Below are positions 31,917-45,057 of a stretch of DNA of 64,000 nucleotides, piece after piece. Below the pieces are notes generated by a model that was not told the origin of the DNA, did no database searches, and saw only the letters and a program-made list of their open reading frames with translations. This DNA is from an uncultured Succinatimonas sp. (GTDB lineage: Bacteria > Pseudomonadota > Gammaproteobacteria > Enterobacterales > Succinivibrionaceae). The translations under genes were made by a program, and so were the position numbers. The stretch is from assembly GCA_938014345.1 (NCBI GenBank), contig CALLSM010000036.1, positions 1,672-65,671 of the forward strand, given 5' to 3'. Position 1 is the stretch's first letter, and every line of letters begins with the position of its first letter.

Positions 31917-33490
31917 ATGAGCGAGCTTATCAATGCTATGCCCATTATTGTCAGCAATTATGCCAAGATGTTTGGGGTTAAGGTGCGCATGTTAGGTACT
32001 ATGGCCTATACCAATGGCGAACTTATTACACTGCCGCGCCTTGATCTCAACGATACTCTCAGTGCGCGCGTTGCCTATGGTTATTTAGCCCATGAATCAG
32101 CGCATGTACGCTATACCGATTTTCGTAGTATTAGAAGGCTACATCGCAATTTTACCTTATTTACACTCTTTAATATTTTAGAAGATGCCCGTATCGAGCG
32201 CATTATCAGCCGCGAGTTTATCGGTGTGTATGAGAATTTAGAACTCATCATGCTCTATTCTGAGCGCTTATGGCAACAGTTTGTCGCGGATATGGACGCG
32301 GTTTCTTCATTGAGACTGCTATTATGCGGCACGCTTTATTATGCCAGTGTCAAAAGTCAGGGCTTTAAAAGTCAAAGACCTAAGGCCTGTACACTCTTAT
32401 TGAAACTAAGAGCGCGGTGTGAGCATAAATTTATCCGAAATTTTTTCGCGCAGGTTGCCACAATTGTTAGCTGTAAAAATACCCAAGAGACTCTTACTTT
32501 AGCGCAGAAGCTCTATAACCTCATTGTGTCCCATGCGCCGCAACTTTTAGCTAAAAAGCGCGAAGATTTGGAAAATATTTCTGAAAAGAGCGAGGCTGAG
32601 GTATTTGAGCTTTTAGAGCAGGAGATAGGTCATGATCGCAGTAAGCTCTTGCCGCAGATGAAGACCGAGCAGATCTTAGCTGAGCTTATCCCTCAAAGCA
32701 TGAGTGTTAAGGATGATATGGGCATTATTATGCCGGGCGTGTGTAAGAGTGGGCGGGAGGATTTTATCGAGCTTATCGAAGACACGCGCCCTTTACGCCA
32801 TACTTTAGAGCACAAAGCTCGCGCTTGGTGTGAAGGTTATGGCATGCAAGCGCAACAGGGACGTAAAATCAATGTCGTCCGCGCCGCCTGTATCAGCGCT
32901 GGCGAGACGCGTATTTTTAAAAATCGCCTTTTATATGAGGATTATTCTACCTCCATCCATGTGCTCGTCGATGTCTCAGGCTCAATGCTCTTTTGTGACG
33001 ATCCTCAGGCTAAAAACCGCAATGATGAGGCCTGTCAGGCGGCGTTGATGATAGCCCTTGCTTTAGAGAATATCGATGGCATTAAAACCATGGTGACGTA
33101 TTTTCCTGGAGATGGTAATGAATTTGATGTCGCGCTCTTTGCCCATGAAAAGCCTCACAGGTGGCCAGTCGCTTTGATCAAAAAGCCAAAGGCTCAACGC
33201 CTTTAGCGCAGGCTTTATGGTATGCCGCCTCGTGTGCTCGCGATCTACGCTGTGCGCGTAATATTATCTTTGTGCTCACCGATGGTGTGCCTGATAGTAT
33301 TTCACAGACTAAGACCGCTCTTGATTATATTGAGAAGATGGGCATTGAGACCTATGGCATCGGCATTAAATCTGTTTTTATTACCACGCTGATTAAAAAT
33401 AGTGAGGTTATAAGTTCGACAAGTCAATTGCGACAGGTGATGATGCGCCTTTTTACCGGACTTTTTAAGCTTCCTGAGGAATTGAGCTAA
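31917..33490 (+). pseudogene. Frameshifted gene for a protein with an N-terminal HExxH-motif (putative metallopeptidase-like) domain and a C-terminal vWA (MIDAS) domain
   Basis: ORF 31917..33206 carries YLAHESAHV and later VDVSGSMLF (MIDAS DxSGS). ORF 33161..33490, in a different frame, carries the remaining vWA motifs GSTPLAQAL and FVLTDGVPD. The frame switch lies within about 33149-33180. Confidence 0.6.
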
Positions 33491-33535
33491 TCAAAGCTTG
33501 ATCAAGGCGGCAAATTTAAGCAAAGCGGCTAAAAA

Positions 33536-35796
<2,261 letters not shown>

Positions 35797-35928
35797 CTTT
35801 GTAAAGCTATAGTTATTTTGTGGTATATTTACGTCTTTAGAACTGGCCGTTAGTTTATTTGCCATTTCATCAAAATTTGGGCGTAAGCCATCTTTGATAA
35901 ATATATTTAATAATACGGGAATTTTTTT

Positions 35929-36282
35929 ATGAACATTATACCCACCGCATTTGCTGCTGAAGCTGCTCCTCAGGCCGGCGGCGATATGAGCATGATCATC
36001 GTTTTAACTGTATGTATGGTTGCAGTTTACTTCTTCATCATGCGTCCTAATTCTAAAAAACGCAAAGAGATGCAGAAGCTTTTAGACAATCTCGCTGTAG
36101 GCGATGAGGTCTTAACTAACGGTGGTATTGCTGGCCGTATCGTTAAATTACCTGATAACAAAGAGTATGTTTTAATGGACGTTGCCTCTGGTGTTGTCAT
36201 GCAGATGAAGCGCAATTATATCGTTGCTGTCTTACCTAAGGGCACCATCGAAATTGTCGCAGCCGATAAGCTCAAAAAATAA
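35929..36282 (+). CDS. yajC: Sec translocon accessory subunit YajC
   Basis: The 117-aa protein has a single transmembrane helix and the motif FIMRPNSKKRKE....L.VGDEV.T.GGI.G.I. Confidence 0.85.
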   Translation: MNIIPTAFAAEAAPQAGGDMSMIIVLTVCMVAVYFFIMRPNSKKRKEMQKLLDNLAVGDEVLTNGGIAGRIVKLPDNKEYVLMDVASGVVMQMKRNYIVAVLPKGTIEIVAADKLKK

Positions 36283-36297
36283 TTCTTTTTAAAAAGC

Positions 36298-36326
36298 ACG
36301 GCCACCTAGGTGGCCGTGATTATCTT
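36298..36326 (+). terminator. Perfect 22-bp palindrome hairpin between yajC and secD (partial terminator or attenuator)
   Basis: The hairpin cacggccacctaggtggccgtg is followed by attatctttt. Confidence 0.5.
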
Positions 36327-36340
36327 TTAGGACCCTCATC

Positions 36341-38215
36341 GTGATAAACAAGTTTCCCTGGTGGAAAAACCTACTCATCTTTTTAGTCATTGCGGTGGTT
36401 TTCTTCTACGCTCTTCCTAATCTATATGGAGAAGATCCCGCTTTACAAATTTCAGGCACCCATGGCATGGAAATTGATGCCAAGACCCAAGCTCAAATCA
36501 AAGCTGAGCTTGAAGCTAAGAATATTGAAGGTGTCTATGCTTTAGAAAACGGTCAACTTTTAATCCGTTTTCCCTCCACTGAACAACAGTTAGCCGCTCG
36601 CGAAACTGTCAATAAGATTTTAGGCGATAATTATATCGTCGCTTTAAACTTAGCTCCGGCCACTCCGACTTGGATGCGTTCTTTAGGTATGCATCCTCTG
36701 AAGTTAGGTTTGGATTTACGTGGTGGTGTGCATTTCCTCATGGAAGTCGATATGGACGAGGCCATGAAGAAGATGCGTACTCAGCTTGTAAATGATTTCC
36801 GTTCTGAGTTACGTAATCATGATATCCGCCTTTCAGGTGCCCGTGCTGAAGGTGATCATGTAATCGTGGAATTCCGTGATGATGCCTCCCGTAAGGCCGC
36901 TGAGGAATTATTAGCCTCAAATCATAAGGATTTCGTTATCAAGAGTATCGATCAGGATGGTAAATTCCGCCTGATGGCTACCATGACCCCCGGCAAGATT
37001 TCTCAGATCCGCACTAATGCTGTGGAGCAGAATATCAATATTATCCGTAACCGTGTTAACGAATTAGGTGTAGCTGAGCCGCTCGTACAGCGTCAAGGCG
37101 CCGATCGTGTGGTTGTCGAGTTACCGGGTATTCAGGATACCGCTCGTGCTAAGGAAATCTTAGGTGCTACTGCTACCTTAGAGTTCCGTCTTGTCGATGG
37201 TAATGCTGATGTGGCTGCCGCCGCTTCAGGTCACGTCCCGGCAGGTTGCGAGGTCATCTATGATGGCAAGGGTTATCCGGTTGTCGTACAAAAGCAGGTC
37301 ATCTTAACTGGTGATCATATTGTTGATGCTAGCTCTAGCACCGATGAAAACGGCCGTCCACAGGTTAATATTTCCTTAGACTCCCGTGGTGGTTCCATCA
37401 TGTCCAACTTTACTAAGGACAATGTGGGTAAGCCTATGGCCACTAACTTCATCGAGTATAAGGTCGTTCCGGATGAGGATCCTAACGCTCCTAAGCCTGG
37501 TGATAAGAACTATAAGCCTAAGTTTAAGAAGGTCGAGCAGGTCATTAACGTGGCCACCATTCAGACCCGTTTAGGCAGTAGCTTCCGTATTACCGGTATC
37601 GACAGTGCTAAAGAAGCTCACAATTTAGCCTTATTATTACGTGCTGGTGCTTTGATTGCCCCGATTCAGATTGTAGAAGAGCGCACCATTGGTCCGTCTT
37701 TAGGTCAGCAGAATATCGATAATGGTATGAAGGCTATGATCTATGGTCTGACCTTCCTGTGTATCTTCATGGTCATCTACTATAAGGCTTTCGGTCTTAT
37801 TGCAAATCTCGCCTTGTTCTTCAACATGGTCTTACTCGTAGGTGTGATGTCACTCATTCCTGGTGCCACCATGACCTTACCGGGTATTGCCGGTATTGTG
37901 TTGACGCTAGGTATGGCGGTTGATGCTAACGTGTTGATTTATGAGCGTATCCGTGAAGAGATCAAGCAAGGTCGTAGCATTCAGATTGCCATTCATGAAG
38001 GTTATGCCCGTGCCTTTGTGACCATTGCCGACTCTAACATTACCTCCTTCATTACCGCCCTCATCCTCTTTATGGTGGGTACTGGTGCTGTGAAGGGCTT
38101 TGCCTTAGTCCTCATGATTGGTCTGGCAAGCTCTATGTTTACAGCCGTTACTGCCTGCCGTGCGATTGTCAATATCGCTTGGGGTGGCCGTAATCTCAAG
38201 AAGCTGAGTATTTAG
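36341..38215 (+). CDS. secD: Protein translocase subunit SecD
   Basis: The protein is 624 aa with a large periplasmic domain and a C-terminal six-helix transmembrane bundle. Confidence 0.93.
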   Translation: MINKFPWWKNLLIFLVIAVVFFYALPNLYGEDPALQISGTHGMEIDAKTQAQIKAELEAKNIEGVYALENGQLLIRFPSTEQQLAARETVNKILGDNYIVALNLAPATPTWMRSLGMHPLKLGLDLRGGVHFLMEVDMDEAMKKMRTQLVNDFRSELRNHDIRLSGARAEGDHVIVEFRDDASRKAAEELLASNHKDFVIKSIDQDGKFRLMATMTPGKISQIRTNAVEQNINIIRNRVNELGVAEPLVQRQGADRVVVELPGIQDTARAKEILGATATLEFRLVDGNADVAAAASGHVPAGCEVIYDGKGYPVVVQKQVILTGDHIVDASSSTDENGRPQVNISLDSRGGSIMSNFTKDNVGKPMATNFIEYKVVPDEDPNAPKPGDKNYKPKFKKVEQVINVATIQTRLGSSFRITGIDSAKEAHNLALLLRAGALIAPIQIVEERTIGPSLGQQNIDNGMKAMIYGLTFLCIFMVIYYKAFGLIANLALFFNMVLLVGVMSLIPGATMTLPGIAGIVLTLGMAVDANVLIYERIREEIKQGRSIQIAIHEGYARAFVTIADSNITSFITALILFMVGTGAVKGFALVLMIGLASSMFTAVTACRAIVNIAWGGRNLKKLSI

Positions 38216-38228
38216 GAGAGCTCTTGCT

Positions 38229-39176
38229 ATGATGCAGTTTATTAAGGACGGTACCGTTATACCGTTCATGAAAATTAAAGGTACCATCGAACTTCTGTGC
38301 GTGGGCCTTGTGATCGCCAGTATTGTCTCTATGTGTGTAAAAGGCCTGAATTGGGGCTTAGACTTTACCGGCGGTATTGTGGTGGAAACTGAGTACACTC
38401 AGAGTGTCGAGCTTGATACTGTGCGTGATGCTTATGCTAAGTTTGGTATTGTCGGTACCACTCAGCATTTCGGCTCTTCCTACGATGTTGTTGTCCGTGT
38501 TGCCCCTAAGGATGGCTTAGATCAGCAGACTGTCACTGACAAGATCATGCAGGCCTCAAAGACCATCGATCCGAACGTGCATTTATCGCGTTCTGAGTAC
38601 GTAGGTCCGGCTGTAGGTCAGGAATTAGTTGAAAGTGGTATTTTAGCCATTGTGGTGTCATTGATCGCCATTTTGGTCTATATCGCTTTCCGCTTTGAGT
38701 GGCGTATGGCTACTGGTGCCGTCATTTCCCTAGCTTATGACGTAATCGTGGTTATGGGTGTATTCTCCTACTGGCAGATTGAATATGATCTGACCGTCTT
38801 AGCGGCAGTTTTAACTGTAGTAGGTTATTCCCTTAACGATAAGATCGTAGTTTTCGATCGTGTGCGTGAAAATGCTACTAAGCTCTCACGTTCTATTGGT
38901 ATTCCGCACCTTTTTGACGTATCCTTAACGCAGACCCTGTCACGTACCATCATTACCTCAGGTACTACCTTAATTACCGTAGTCAGCCTGTTGCTTTTTG
39001 GTGGTGAGATGATTTATGGCTTCTCTTTAGCCTTAGCAGTCGGTATCGTCTTCGGTACCTTCTCCTCCATCTATGTGGCATCAACCTGGGCTATTTTCTT
39101 AGGCATTAAACATGAGAATCTCATTCCGGCTAAACCTGTGAAAAAGGAAGATGACGGTTATGAGACCATGGACTAA
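38229..39176 (+). CDS. secF: Protein translocase subunit SecF
   Basis: The protein is 315 aa and lies immediately downstream of secD. Confidence 0.92.
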   Translation: MMQFIKDGTVIPFMKIKGTIELLCVGLVIASIVSMCVKGLNWGLDFTGGIVVETEYTQSVELDTVRDAYAKFGIVGTTQHFGSSYDVVVRVAPKDGLDQQTVTDKIMQASKTIDPNVHLSRSEYVGPAVGQELVESGILAIVVSLIAILVYIAFRFEWRMATGAVISLAYDVIVVMGVFSYWQIEYDLTVLAAVLTVVGYSLNDKIVVFDRVRENATKLSRSIGIPHLFDVSLTQTLSRTIITSGTTLITVVSLLLFGGEMIYGFSLALAVGIVFGTFSSIYVASTWAIFLGIKHENLIPAKPVKKEDDGYETMD

Positions 39177-39187
39177 GTGGGGCGTGA

Positions 39188-40168
39188 GTGCACACATTTA
39201 AGTCAAAGGCGTTTTTAGCAACTTCAGCTTTAGCTTTGAGCTTGTTAGCAGGTTGCGCAAGCACTGATGAGATAAAAACGCCTGCATCTACGACAGTGGA
39301 TCTCTCAGGTCCATTCAGTGTGCCTGCTGAAGAGATTCTCTTGTCCACAGCCTCCGAGCGCCTGACCGCACAAGATCAGGCGATCATTGTCAAATTGTCG
39401 ATGATGCTCGATACGCAGGCTAAGACTAAGGGCGATCGCGCCGAGATTTTCTATGAATTAGGTATTGTTTATGACCGTTTAGGTCTAGAGGCAACGGCCC
39501 GTACCATGTTCATGAATGCTCTGGTCGAAAATCCAGCCTTTGCCGCTCCCTATAATTTTGTCGGCATCTATTTTGCTAAAGATGGCCGTTTTCAAGATGC
39601 TCTCGATGCCTTTGATTCAGCTTTAGAGCTCAATCCTAAAGAAAGCTATATTTACTTCAATCGCGCTTTAGTTTTGCATTATGCTCATCGCGATATTGTC
39701 GCTCTTAAGGATCTCAAAAAGTTCTATGCTAGCGATCCTAATGATCCTTATCGTCTCTTGTGGATGTATATTGTCGAACATGGGGCTTTAGGGGCTGATG
39801 AGGCTTATGACAATTTAGAGCAGCGCTATGATAAGGTCAAAGAGCTCGATAAAAAGGACAATTGGGGCTTTAATCTCGTGCGTCTGTATTTAGGCAAATT
39901 AGATGAGGCGGTATTTTGGTCTCAAACTAAAGCCTATCGTCAAGATCCCGAGACCTTTGTCGATCATCTCTGTGAGGCTTATTTTTATCTAGGTAAGCTT
40001 CATCTTCTGCAAGGTGAGGATAAGCTTGCTTACGATAATTTTTATCTATCAGCTGCCACTCGCCGTTATGGTTTCTTAGAGTATCGTTATGCTCTAAATG
40101 AAATCGCCGCCTTAGAAAAACGCTATAAAATCAGAGCTGCAAGCTCGATTACCGAGCCTAATTTCTAA
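39188..40168 (+). CDS. nlpI: TPR lipoprotein NlpI
   Basis: A lipobox (LLAGCAS) is present. The protein is collinear with E. coli NlpI (ERA.I.YERG..YD.LGL...AR.DF..AL...P..A...N..GIY....G.F..A.EAFDS.LEL.P...Y...NR...L.Y..RD..A..DL..FY..DPNDP.R.LW.Y). Confidence 0.8.
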   Translation: MHTFKSKAFLATSALALSLLAGCASTDEIKTPASTTVDLSGPFSVPAEEILLSTASERLTAQDQAIIVKLSMMLDTQAKTKGDRAEIFYELGIVYDRLGLEATARTMFMNALVENPAFAAPYNFVGIYFAKDGRFQDALDAFDSALELNPKESYIYFNRALVLHYAHRDIVALKDLKKFYASDPNDPYRLLWMYIVEHGALGADEAYDNLEQRYDKVKELDKKDNWGFNLVRLYLGKLDEAVFWSQTKAYRQDPETFVDHLCEAYFYLGKLHLLQGEDKLAYDNFYLSAATRRYGFLEYRYALNEIAALEKRYKIRAASSITEPNF

Positions 40169-40174
40169 TCATTT

Positions 40175-40202
40175 AAAACCAATAGCTACTGCTATTGGTT
40201 TT
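40175..40202 (+). terminator. Hairpin after nlpI
   Basis: The hairpin is aaaaccaatagc-tact-gctattggtttt. Confidence 0.6.
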
Positions 40203-40280
40203 GCGCCATTTCATATCAATTTTATTGAGAATTTTTTTAGTACGCGTGAGCTTTATATAATTGCAACTAATCACAAGGTA

Positions 40281-40646
40281 TTGACGACGAGTATGAGTAA
40301 AAAGGAAAACAGTTTAACTTTAAGCGCAGATGCTTTAAATGAAATCAAAGAGCAAATGCTTCCTGTTGATGATACCGAGGTCATGGCGGAATTTTTCAAA
40401 GCGCTCTCTGATCCTACCCGTTTGAGTATAGTTAATGCCTTGCAATTGCATGAATGGCTATGTGTTTCCGATCTAGTTGAGCTCTTAGGTATGAGCAAAT
40501 CGGCGCTTTCACATCAATTATGTTATATGCGTTTGAATAAATTAGTCAGAGTTAAGCGCGATGGTCGTCATGTTTTTTATGCTTTAGATGACAGCCATGT
40601 AGATCAGGTCTTCGCCTTAGCGCTGTCACATGTAAACGAAGGTTAA
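40281..40646 (+). CDS. ArsR/SmtB-family transcriptional regulator
   Basis: The HTH region DPTRLSIVNALQLHEWLCVSDLVELLGMSKSALSHQL is present. The usual CVC metal site reads CVS here. The gene ends 9 nt before the desulfurase gene. Confidence 0.75.
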   Translation: MTTSMSKKENSLTLSADALNEIKEQMLPVDDTEVMAEFFKALSDPTRLSIVNALQLHEWLCVSDLVELLGMSKSALSHQLCYMRLNKLVRVKRDGRHVFYALDDSHVDQVFALALSHVNEG

Positions 40647-40654
40647 GAAAATCA

Positions 40655-41818
40655 ATGAATAAACCCATCTATTTAGATTATGCCGCCGCTACCCCGACTG
40701 ATCCTAGAGTGGTAGATGCCATGGTCAAATGTCTCACTAAGGATGGAGCCTTTGCCAATCCCCACGCTAAAGATCATGTTTATGGTTGGGAAGCTTGTGA
40801 GAGTATGGAAACAGCTCGCGCTCAGGTGGCGGAGCTTATCGGCGTCTCGCCCTTAGAAATTACCTTTACCTCTGGAGCTACCGAAAGCAATAATCTTGCT
40901 ATTTTTGGTTTAGCTCAGGAATTAGCCGCGCTTGGCGATAAACGTCGTCATCTCATTACCACTAAAATTGAGCATAAGGCTGTACTCGAGGCTTGTGAGC
41001 ACTTAGAGCGTCAGGGCTATAGAGTTACCTATCTGACTCCGCATCGCGATGGTACTGTCGATGAGGCTTTATTAAAAAGCGCTTTAGATGAGGATACTTT
41101 CTTAGTTTCTATTGCCCAAGCTAATAGTGTTTTAGGCTCAGTCAATGATATTAAGGCCCTCTCGGCTTTAACACGCTCTTATGGCGCTTATTTCCATACT
41201 GATACGGCGCAAAGTGCCGGTTATATTGAGACTGATTTTGCGCATAGCGATGTCAGTATGGCCACTTTAACCTCAGAAAAGGTCTGTGGCCCTAAGGGTG
41301 TCGGCGCTTTATATGTAAAGCGTAGCTTAAATTTACAGCTTATGGCCCAAATTTATGGTGGCGGTCAAGAAAAAGGTCTGCGCGGTGGTACTGTGCCTAC
41401 TCATCAGGTTGTTGGTATGGGTATGGCCTTTGAAATTTTAAAAAAGGAAGGCGCCTCTGATAAAGAGCGTATGGAAGGCTATCGTCAGTATTTAATTTCT
41501 AAGCTTAAAACTATTCCTGAAGCTATTATCAATGGCAGTGAAGCACATCATGTGCCGGGTATTTTGTCAGTAAGTTTTAATCATCTAGATGGCCGTAAAT
41601 TATTGCCAACGCTCACCGGTATTGCCGCCTCTACCGGTTCTGCCTGTGCCTCAGCTGATCTAAAGCCTTCCTATATTTTAACGGCAGTAGGTCTTAGCGA
41701 TGAGCAGGCCCGCGCCTCCTTGCGCTTAAGCTTTGGTCGTTTTACCACCAAATCTGAAATCGAAGCTGCCGCCGCTGAGATTTGTCTTAAGGTTCCCAAA
41801 CTGATACAAGAAGATTGA
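40655..41818 (+). CDS. Cysteine desulfurase (NifS/IscS-like, class V aminotransferase)
   Basis: The PLP-binding Lys region (TSEKVCGPKGVGALYV) and the active-site Cys loop (STGSACASADLKPSYIL) are present. Length is 387 aa. Confidence 0.85.
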   Translation: MNKPIYLDYAAATPTDPRVVDAMVKCLTKDGAFANPHAKDHVYGWEACESMETARAQVAELIGVSPLEITFTSGATESNNLAIFGLAQELAALGDKRRHLITTKIEHKAVLEACEHLERQGYRVTYLTPHRDGTVDEALLKSALDEDTFLVSIAQANSVLGSVNDIKALSALTRSYGAYFHTDTAQSAGYIETDFAHSDVSMATLTSEKVCGPKGVGALYVKRSLNLQLMAQIYGGGQEKGLRGGTVPTHQVVGMGMAFEILKKEGASDKERMEGYRQYLISKLKTIPEAIINGSEAHHVPGILSVSFNHLDGRKLLPTLTGIAASTGSACASADLKPSYILTAVGLSDEQARASLRLSFGRFTTKSEIEAAAAEICLKVPKLIQED

Positions 41819-41819
41819 T

Positions 41820-43124
41820 ATGCTTAAATTTTTAAATCATAGCGATGCACAGGACATGGCTGTAATTAGCCTGTGTGAGGATTTACCTAAAGCACCACTG
41901 CGCGCGGATGCTAAATTTAGCCCAAAAGCCTCAGGCTATACCGTCTTTATCAATAAAAATAGCACTAATCCCTATGCTCAGGCCGGACGCATCTGCGCTA
42001 CTTTAGGTTTAAGTGCGCTTAAATTAGAAAATTCCTTAAGCTTAGAGGAGAGTTATCAATTTGCTCTAGGTTTAGATGATTTAACCACAGATATAGATCT
42101 TAGTTTAAATTTAGAGGCAGGCGATCTGCAAAAACTCAGATCTACCTATGAAATTGTCTATGCCTGTCGTAAGCTTGCCGATACCTCCAATGCCACTATC
42201 GATCCGATAGCCTTGGTCAATCACGCCTATACTCTCATTGAGTCAAGTGTTACAAGTGGTAGCTTACGCTTTGATCTTATCGATAGAGAGGATGAGCGTT
42301 TTGCAAAATTACAAGGTCTTAAAGCCGTAGGCTCAGGCAGTGTTAAAAGCCCGTGCTTAGGTATTATCGATTATGTACCTGCAGGCATGAGTGAGGATGC
42401 TCCCGTTGAGATTGCTCTCGTAGGTAAGGGTATTACCTTTGATTCTGGCGGTTATGATCTCAAAGGCGCTAAGTTTATGGATACTATGCGCACCGATAAG
42501 ACCGGCGCTGTCAATTTAGCCGGAGCTTTAGCCTTAGCGATTAAACACGGCCTCAATAAGCATGTGCGCTTATATTTATGCTGTTCACAAAATCTCGTCT
42601 CAGCAACTTCCATGGTGCCTGGCGATATTATCGAGTATCAAAATGGCGTCACTGTGGAAATTGGCAATACCGATGCTGAGGGCCGTTTAGTTTTAGCCGA
42701 TGGCCTAATCTTAGCTTCAGAGACTAAGGCGCCAACCATTATCTCCGAGGCTACTTTGACGGGCGCAGCTAAGATTGCTATCGGTCGCGATATGTGTGCC
42801 CTTGTCTGCCGCGGTAATGTGGTGCCGCCAGCATTCTTACAGTCTTTTAGTGAGACTAATGAGCGCATCTGGCAATTGCCCTTGTATGATTTCCACGATC
42901 GCTTTATTAGCTCAAAGCGGGCGCAGTGGCTCAATACTGCTCATGGTGATGGTGCGCCAGGTGTATCCACGGCTGCCGCTTTCTTAGAGAAATTTGTCAC
43001 AAAAGACGCTGTATGGATGCATATTGATCTAAGCTCAGCTTATCTACCTGAGGGCTCACCTTTCCAAAGTTCAGGACCTAGCGGTGCTACTATCAGAGCT
43101 TTAGCAAAATATCTGTGCCTTTAA
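41820..43124 (+). CDS. pepB: M17 leucyl aminopeptidase family protein (PepB-like)
   Basis: The NTDAEGRL signature is present. Length is 434 aa. Placement after a cysteine desulfurase resembles the end of the enteric isc operon. Confidence 0.75.
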   Translation: MLKFLNHSDAQDMAVISLCEDLPKAPLRADAKFSPKASGYTVFINKNSTNPYAQAGRICATLGLSALKLENSLSLEESYQFALGLDDLTTDIDLSLNLEAGDLQKLRSTYEIVYACRKLADTSNATIDPIALVNHAYTLIESSVTSGSLRFDLIDREDERFAKLQGLKAVGSGSVKSPCLGIIDYVPAGMSEDAPVEIALVGKGITFDSGGYDLKGAKFMDTMRTDKTGAVNLAGALALAIKHGLNKHVRLYLCCSQNLVSATSMVPGDIIEYQNGVTVEIGNTDAEGRLVLADGLILASETKAPTIISEATLTGAAKIAIGRDMCALVCRGNVVPPAFLQSFSETNERIWQLPLYDFHDRFISSKRAQWLNTAHGDGAPGVSTAAAFLEKFVTKDAVWMHIDLSSAYLPEGSPFQSSGPSGATIRALAKYLCL

Positions 43125-43139
43125 TTTAAGGAGGCTATC

Positions 43140-43856
43140 ATGTATAAAAATATCGTAGTTTTAACCGGTGCTGGCATTTCGGCAGAATCGGGAATACCGG
43201 TATTTCGCTCAGAAACGGGACTGTGGGAGAGCGAGCGCATTGAGGAGGTGTGTACCGCCGAGGCGCTTGTGCGTGATAGCCTTAAGGTCCATAATTTTTA
43301 CAATAAACTCAGGCGCAATTTACACGCTAAAGAGCCTAATGCCGCGCATCTAGCGCTGACGCAATTGCAAGCTAAGTGGCCTCAGCTTTATGGAGGTGAG
43401 GTCACCTTGGTGACGCAAAATATCGACAATCTCCATGAAAAAGCCCATTCGCAGCATGTCATCCATATGCATGGCGAGCTTATGAGTCTATGGTGTCGCC
43501 ATTGCGATCGCCATTATCCTTTTAGTGGCGATTCAAGTCCTCGTGATAAGTGTAAATTCTGTGGACATACAGAGGTGCGCCCAGATATAGTCTTTTTTGG
43601 CGAGATGCCGTATTTTATGGATAAGATTGAGGAGAAACTTGCCGCTTGCGATCTCTTTATCGCCATCGGCACCTCAGGTGTAGTCTATCCGGCCGCCGGT
43701 TTTTGTCAATTTGCCCGCTCTGTAGGCGCTCGGTGTGTGGAGCTTAATTTAACTAAAAGTGCCGTAGCCACCAATTTTACCGATGCTATCTATGGTAAGG
43801 CCTCAGAGACAGTACCATCTTTAGTGACAAAGCTTTTAGAGAGCGGTAATTTTTAA
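43140..43856 (+). CDS. cobB: NAD-dependent protein deacylase (Sir2 family)
   Basis: GAGISAESGIP.FR ... QNIDNLH ... and the Zn-ribbon cysteines CRHC...CKFC are present. Confidence 0.85.
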   Translation: MYKNIVVLTGAGISAESGIPVFRSETGLWESERIEEVCTAEALVRDSLKVHNFYNKLRRNLHAKEPNAAHLALTQLQAKWPQLYGGEVTLVTQNIDNLHEKAHSQHVIHMHGELMSLWCRHCDRHYPFSGDSSPRDKCKFCGHTEVRPDIVFFGEMPYFMDKIEEKLAACDLFIAIGTSGVVYPAAGFCQFARSVGARCVELNLTKSAVATNFTDAIYGKASETVPSLVTKLLESGNF

Positions 43857-43957
43857 AGGCGCTAGGTCGCGCCATTATGCTCTTAGTGTCGTCTGGCCCC
43901 ATTCTTGCTATAATATAGGATTGCAATTATTTTTTACTTAAATTTGGGGACCCCTAG

Positions 43958-45052
43958 ATGACCGCTAAATTAAATTTACTCGATCTTTCTCCTAAGGATA
44001 TGGCGGATTTTTGTGTGTCATTAGGAGAAAAGCCCTTTAGAGCGCAACAGCTTTTAAAGTGGATCTATCAGTACGGCGTGACTGATTTTTCCTTGATGAC
44101 CAATATTAAGCGTGAATTGCGTGAGCGTCTCTCTGAAATTGCCGAGATTAGATTTCCACAAATTGTCACCGAGCAAAAATCCTCCGATGGCACCACTAAG
44201 TGGGCTTTAGATATCGGTGATGGTCAATTAGTTGAAACTGTGTTAATTCCTGAGGATGATCGCAATACTCTGTGTATTTCAACCCAGGTAGGTTGTCCGG
44301 TAAAATGCGCCTTTTGCCGTACCGGTGCTTCAGGCTTTAATCGCAATTTAAAGGTACATGAGATCATAGGTCAGGTCTTTGCTGCCGCCACGCGGGTGGG
44401 CTTTAGCGAAAACAATGAGCAAAAACCTATCTCTAATGTGGTCATGATGGGTATGGGTGAGCCTTTGTTAAATCTCACCGCTGTGCTTAAGACCACTGAG
44501 ATTTTATTATCAGATTATTGCTTTGCTCTATCTAAGCGTCGTGTCACCATTTCAACCTCAGGTGTAGCCCCCATTATCGATAAGATTGCAGGTCAGGTAG
44601 ATGTAGCTTTAGCCTTATCACTGCATGCCCCTAATGATGAATTGCGCGATCGCTTGGTGCCTTTAAATAAGAAATATCCTATAGCCGAGGTTTTAGCGGC
44701 AGTACGCAAGTATTTAGATAAATCTAATGCCAATTGCGGCCGTGTTACTATTGAATATGTCTTATTAGACGGTATCAATGATTCCCCTAAGGATGCTTTG
44801 CAATTATGCAAGCTATTAGCGCATACCCCGTGCAAGATCAATTTAATTCCTTTTAATCCGCATGAGGCCTCTGAGTTTAAGCGTCCAAGCTTAAGAGCCA
44901 TTGAGCGCTTCCAGCAGATTTTACTCGACAAGGGTTTTACCGTCTTAAAACGCTCAACCCGTGGCGATGATATTGCCGCCGCTTGTGGACAATTAGCAGG
45001 TCAGGTTAAAGACCGTTTACTTAAAGAGCAAATCCCTTCTGTGAGAGAGTAG
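43958..45052 (+). CDS. rlmN: Dual-specificity RNA methyltransferase RlmN (radical SAM)
   Basis: The radical-SAM cluster motif CPVKCAFC and a C-terminal Cys are present. The gene lies upstream of rodZ-ispG-hisS, as in enterics. Confidence 0.92.
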   Translation: MTAKLNLLDLSPKDMADFCVSLGEKPFRAQQLLKWIYQYGVTDFSLMTNIKRELRERLSEIAEIRFPQIVTEQKSSDGTTKWALDIGDGQLVETVLIPEDDRNTLCISTQVGCPVKCAFCRTGASGFNRNLKVHEIIGQVFAAATRVGFSENNEQKPISNVVMMGMGEPLLNLTAVLKTTEILLSDYCFALSKRRVTISTSGVAPIIDKIAGQVDVALALSLHAPNDELRDRLVPLNKKYPIAEVLAAVRKYLDKSNANCGRVTIEYVLLDGINDSPKDALQLCKLLAHTPCKINLIPFNPHEASEFKRPSLRAIERFQQILLDKGFTVLKRSTRGDDIAAACGQLAGQVKDRLLKEQIPSVRE

Positions 45053-45057
45053 GTTGT

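Noticed and set aside
33161-33490. 109-aa ORF as an independent gene
   Set aside because: It encodes the second half of the vWA domain begun in 31917..33206. It is treated as part of one frameshifted gene.
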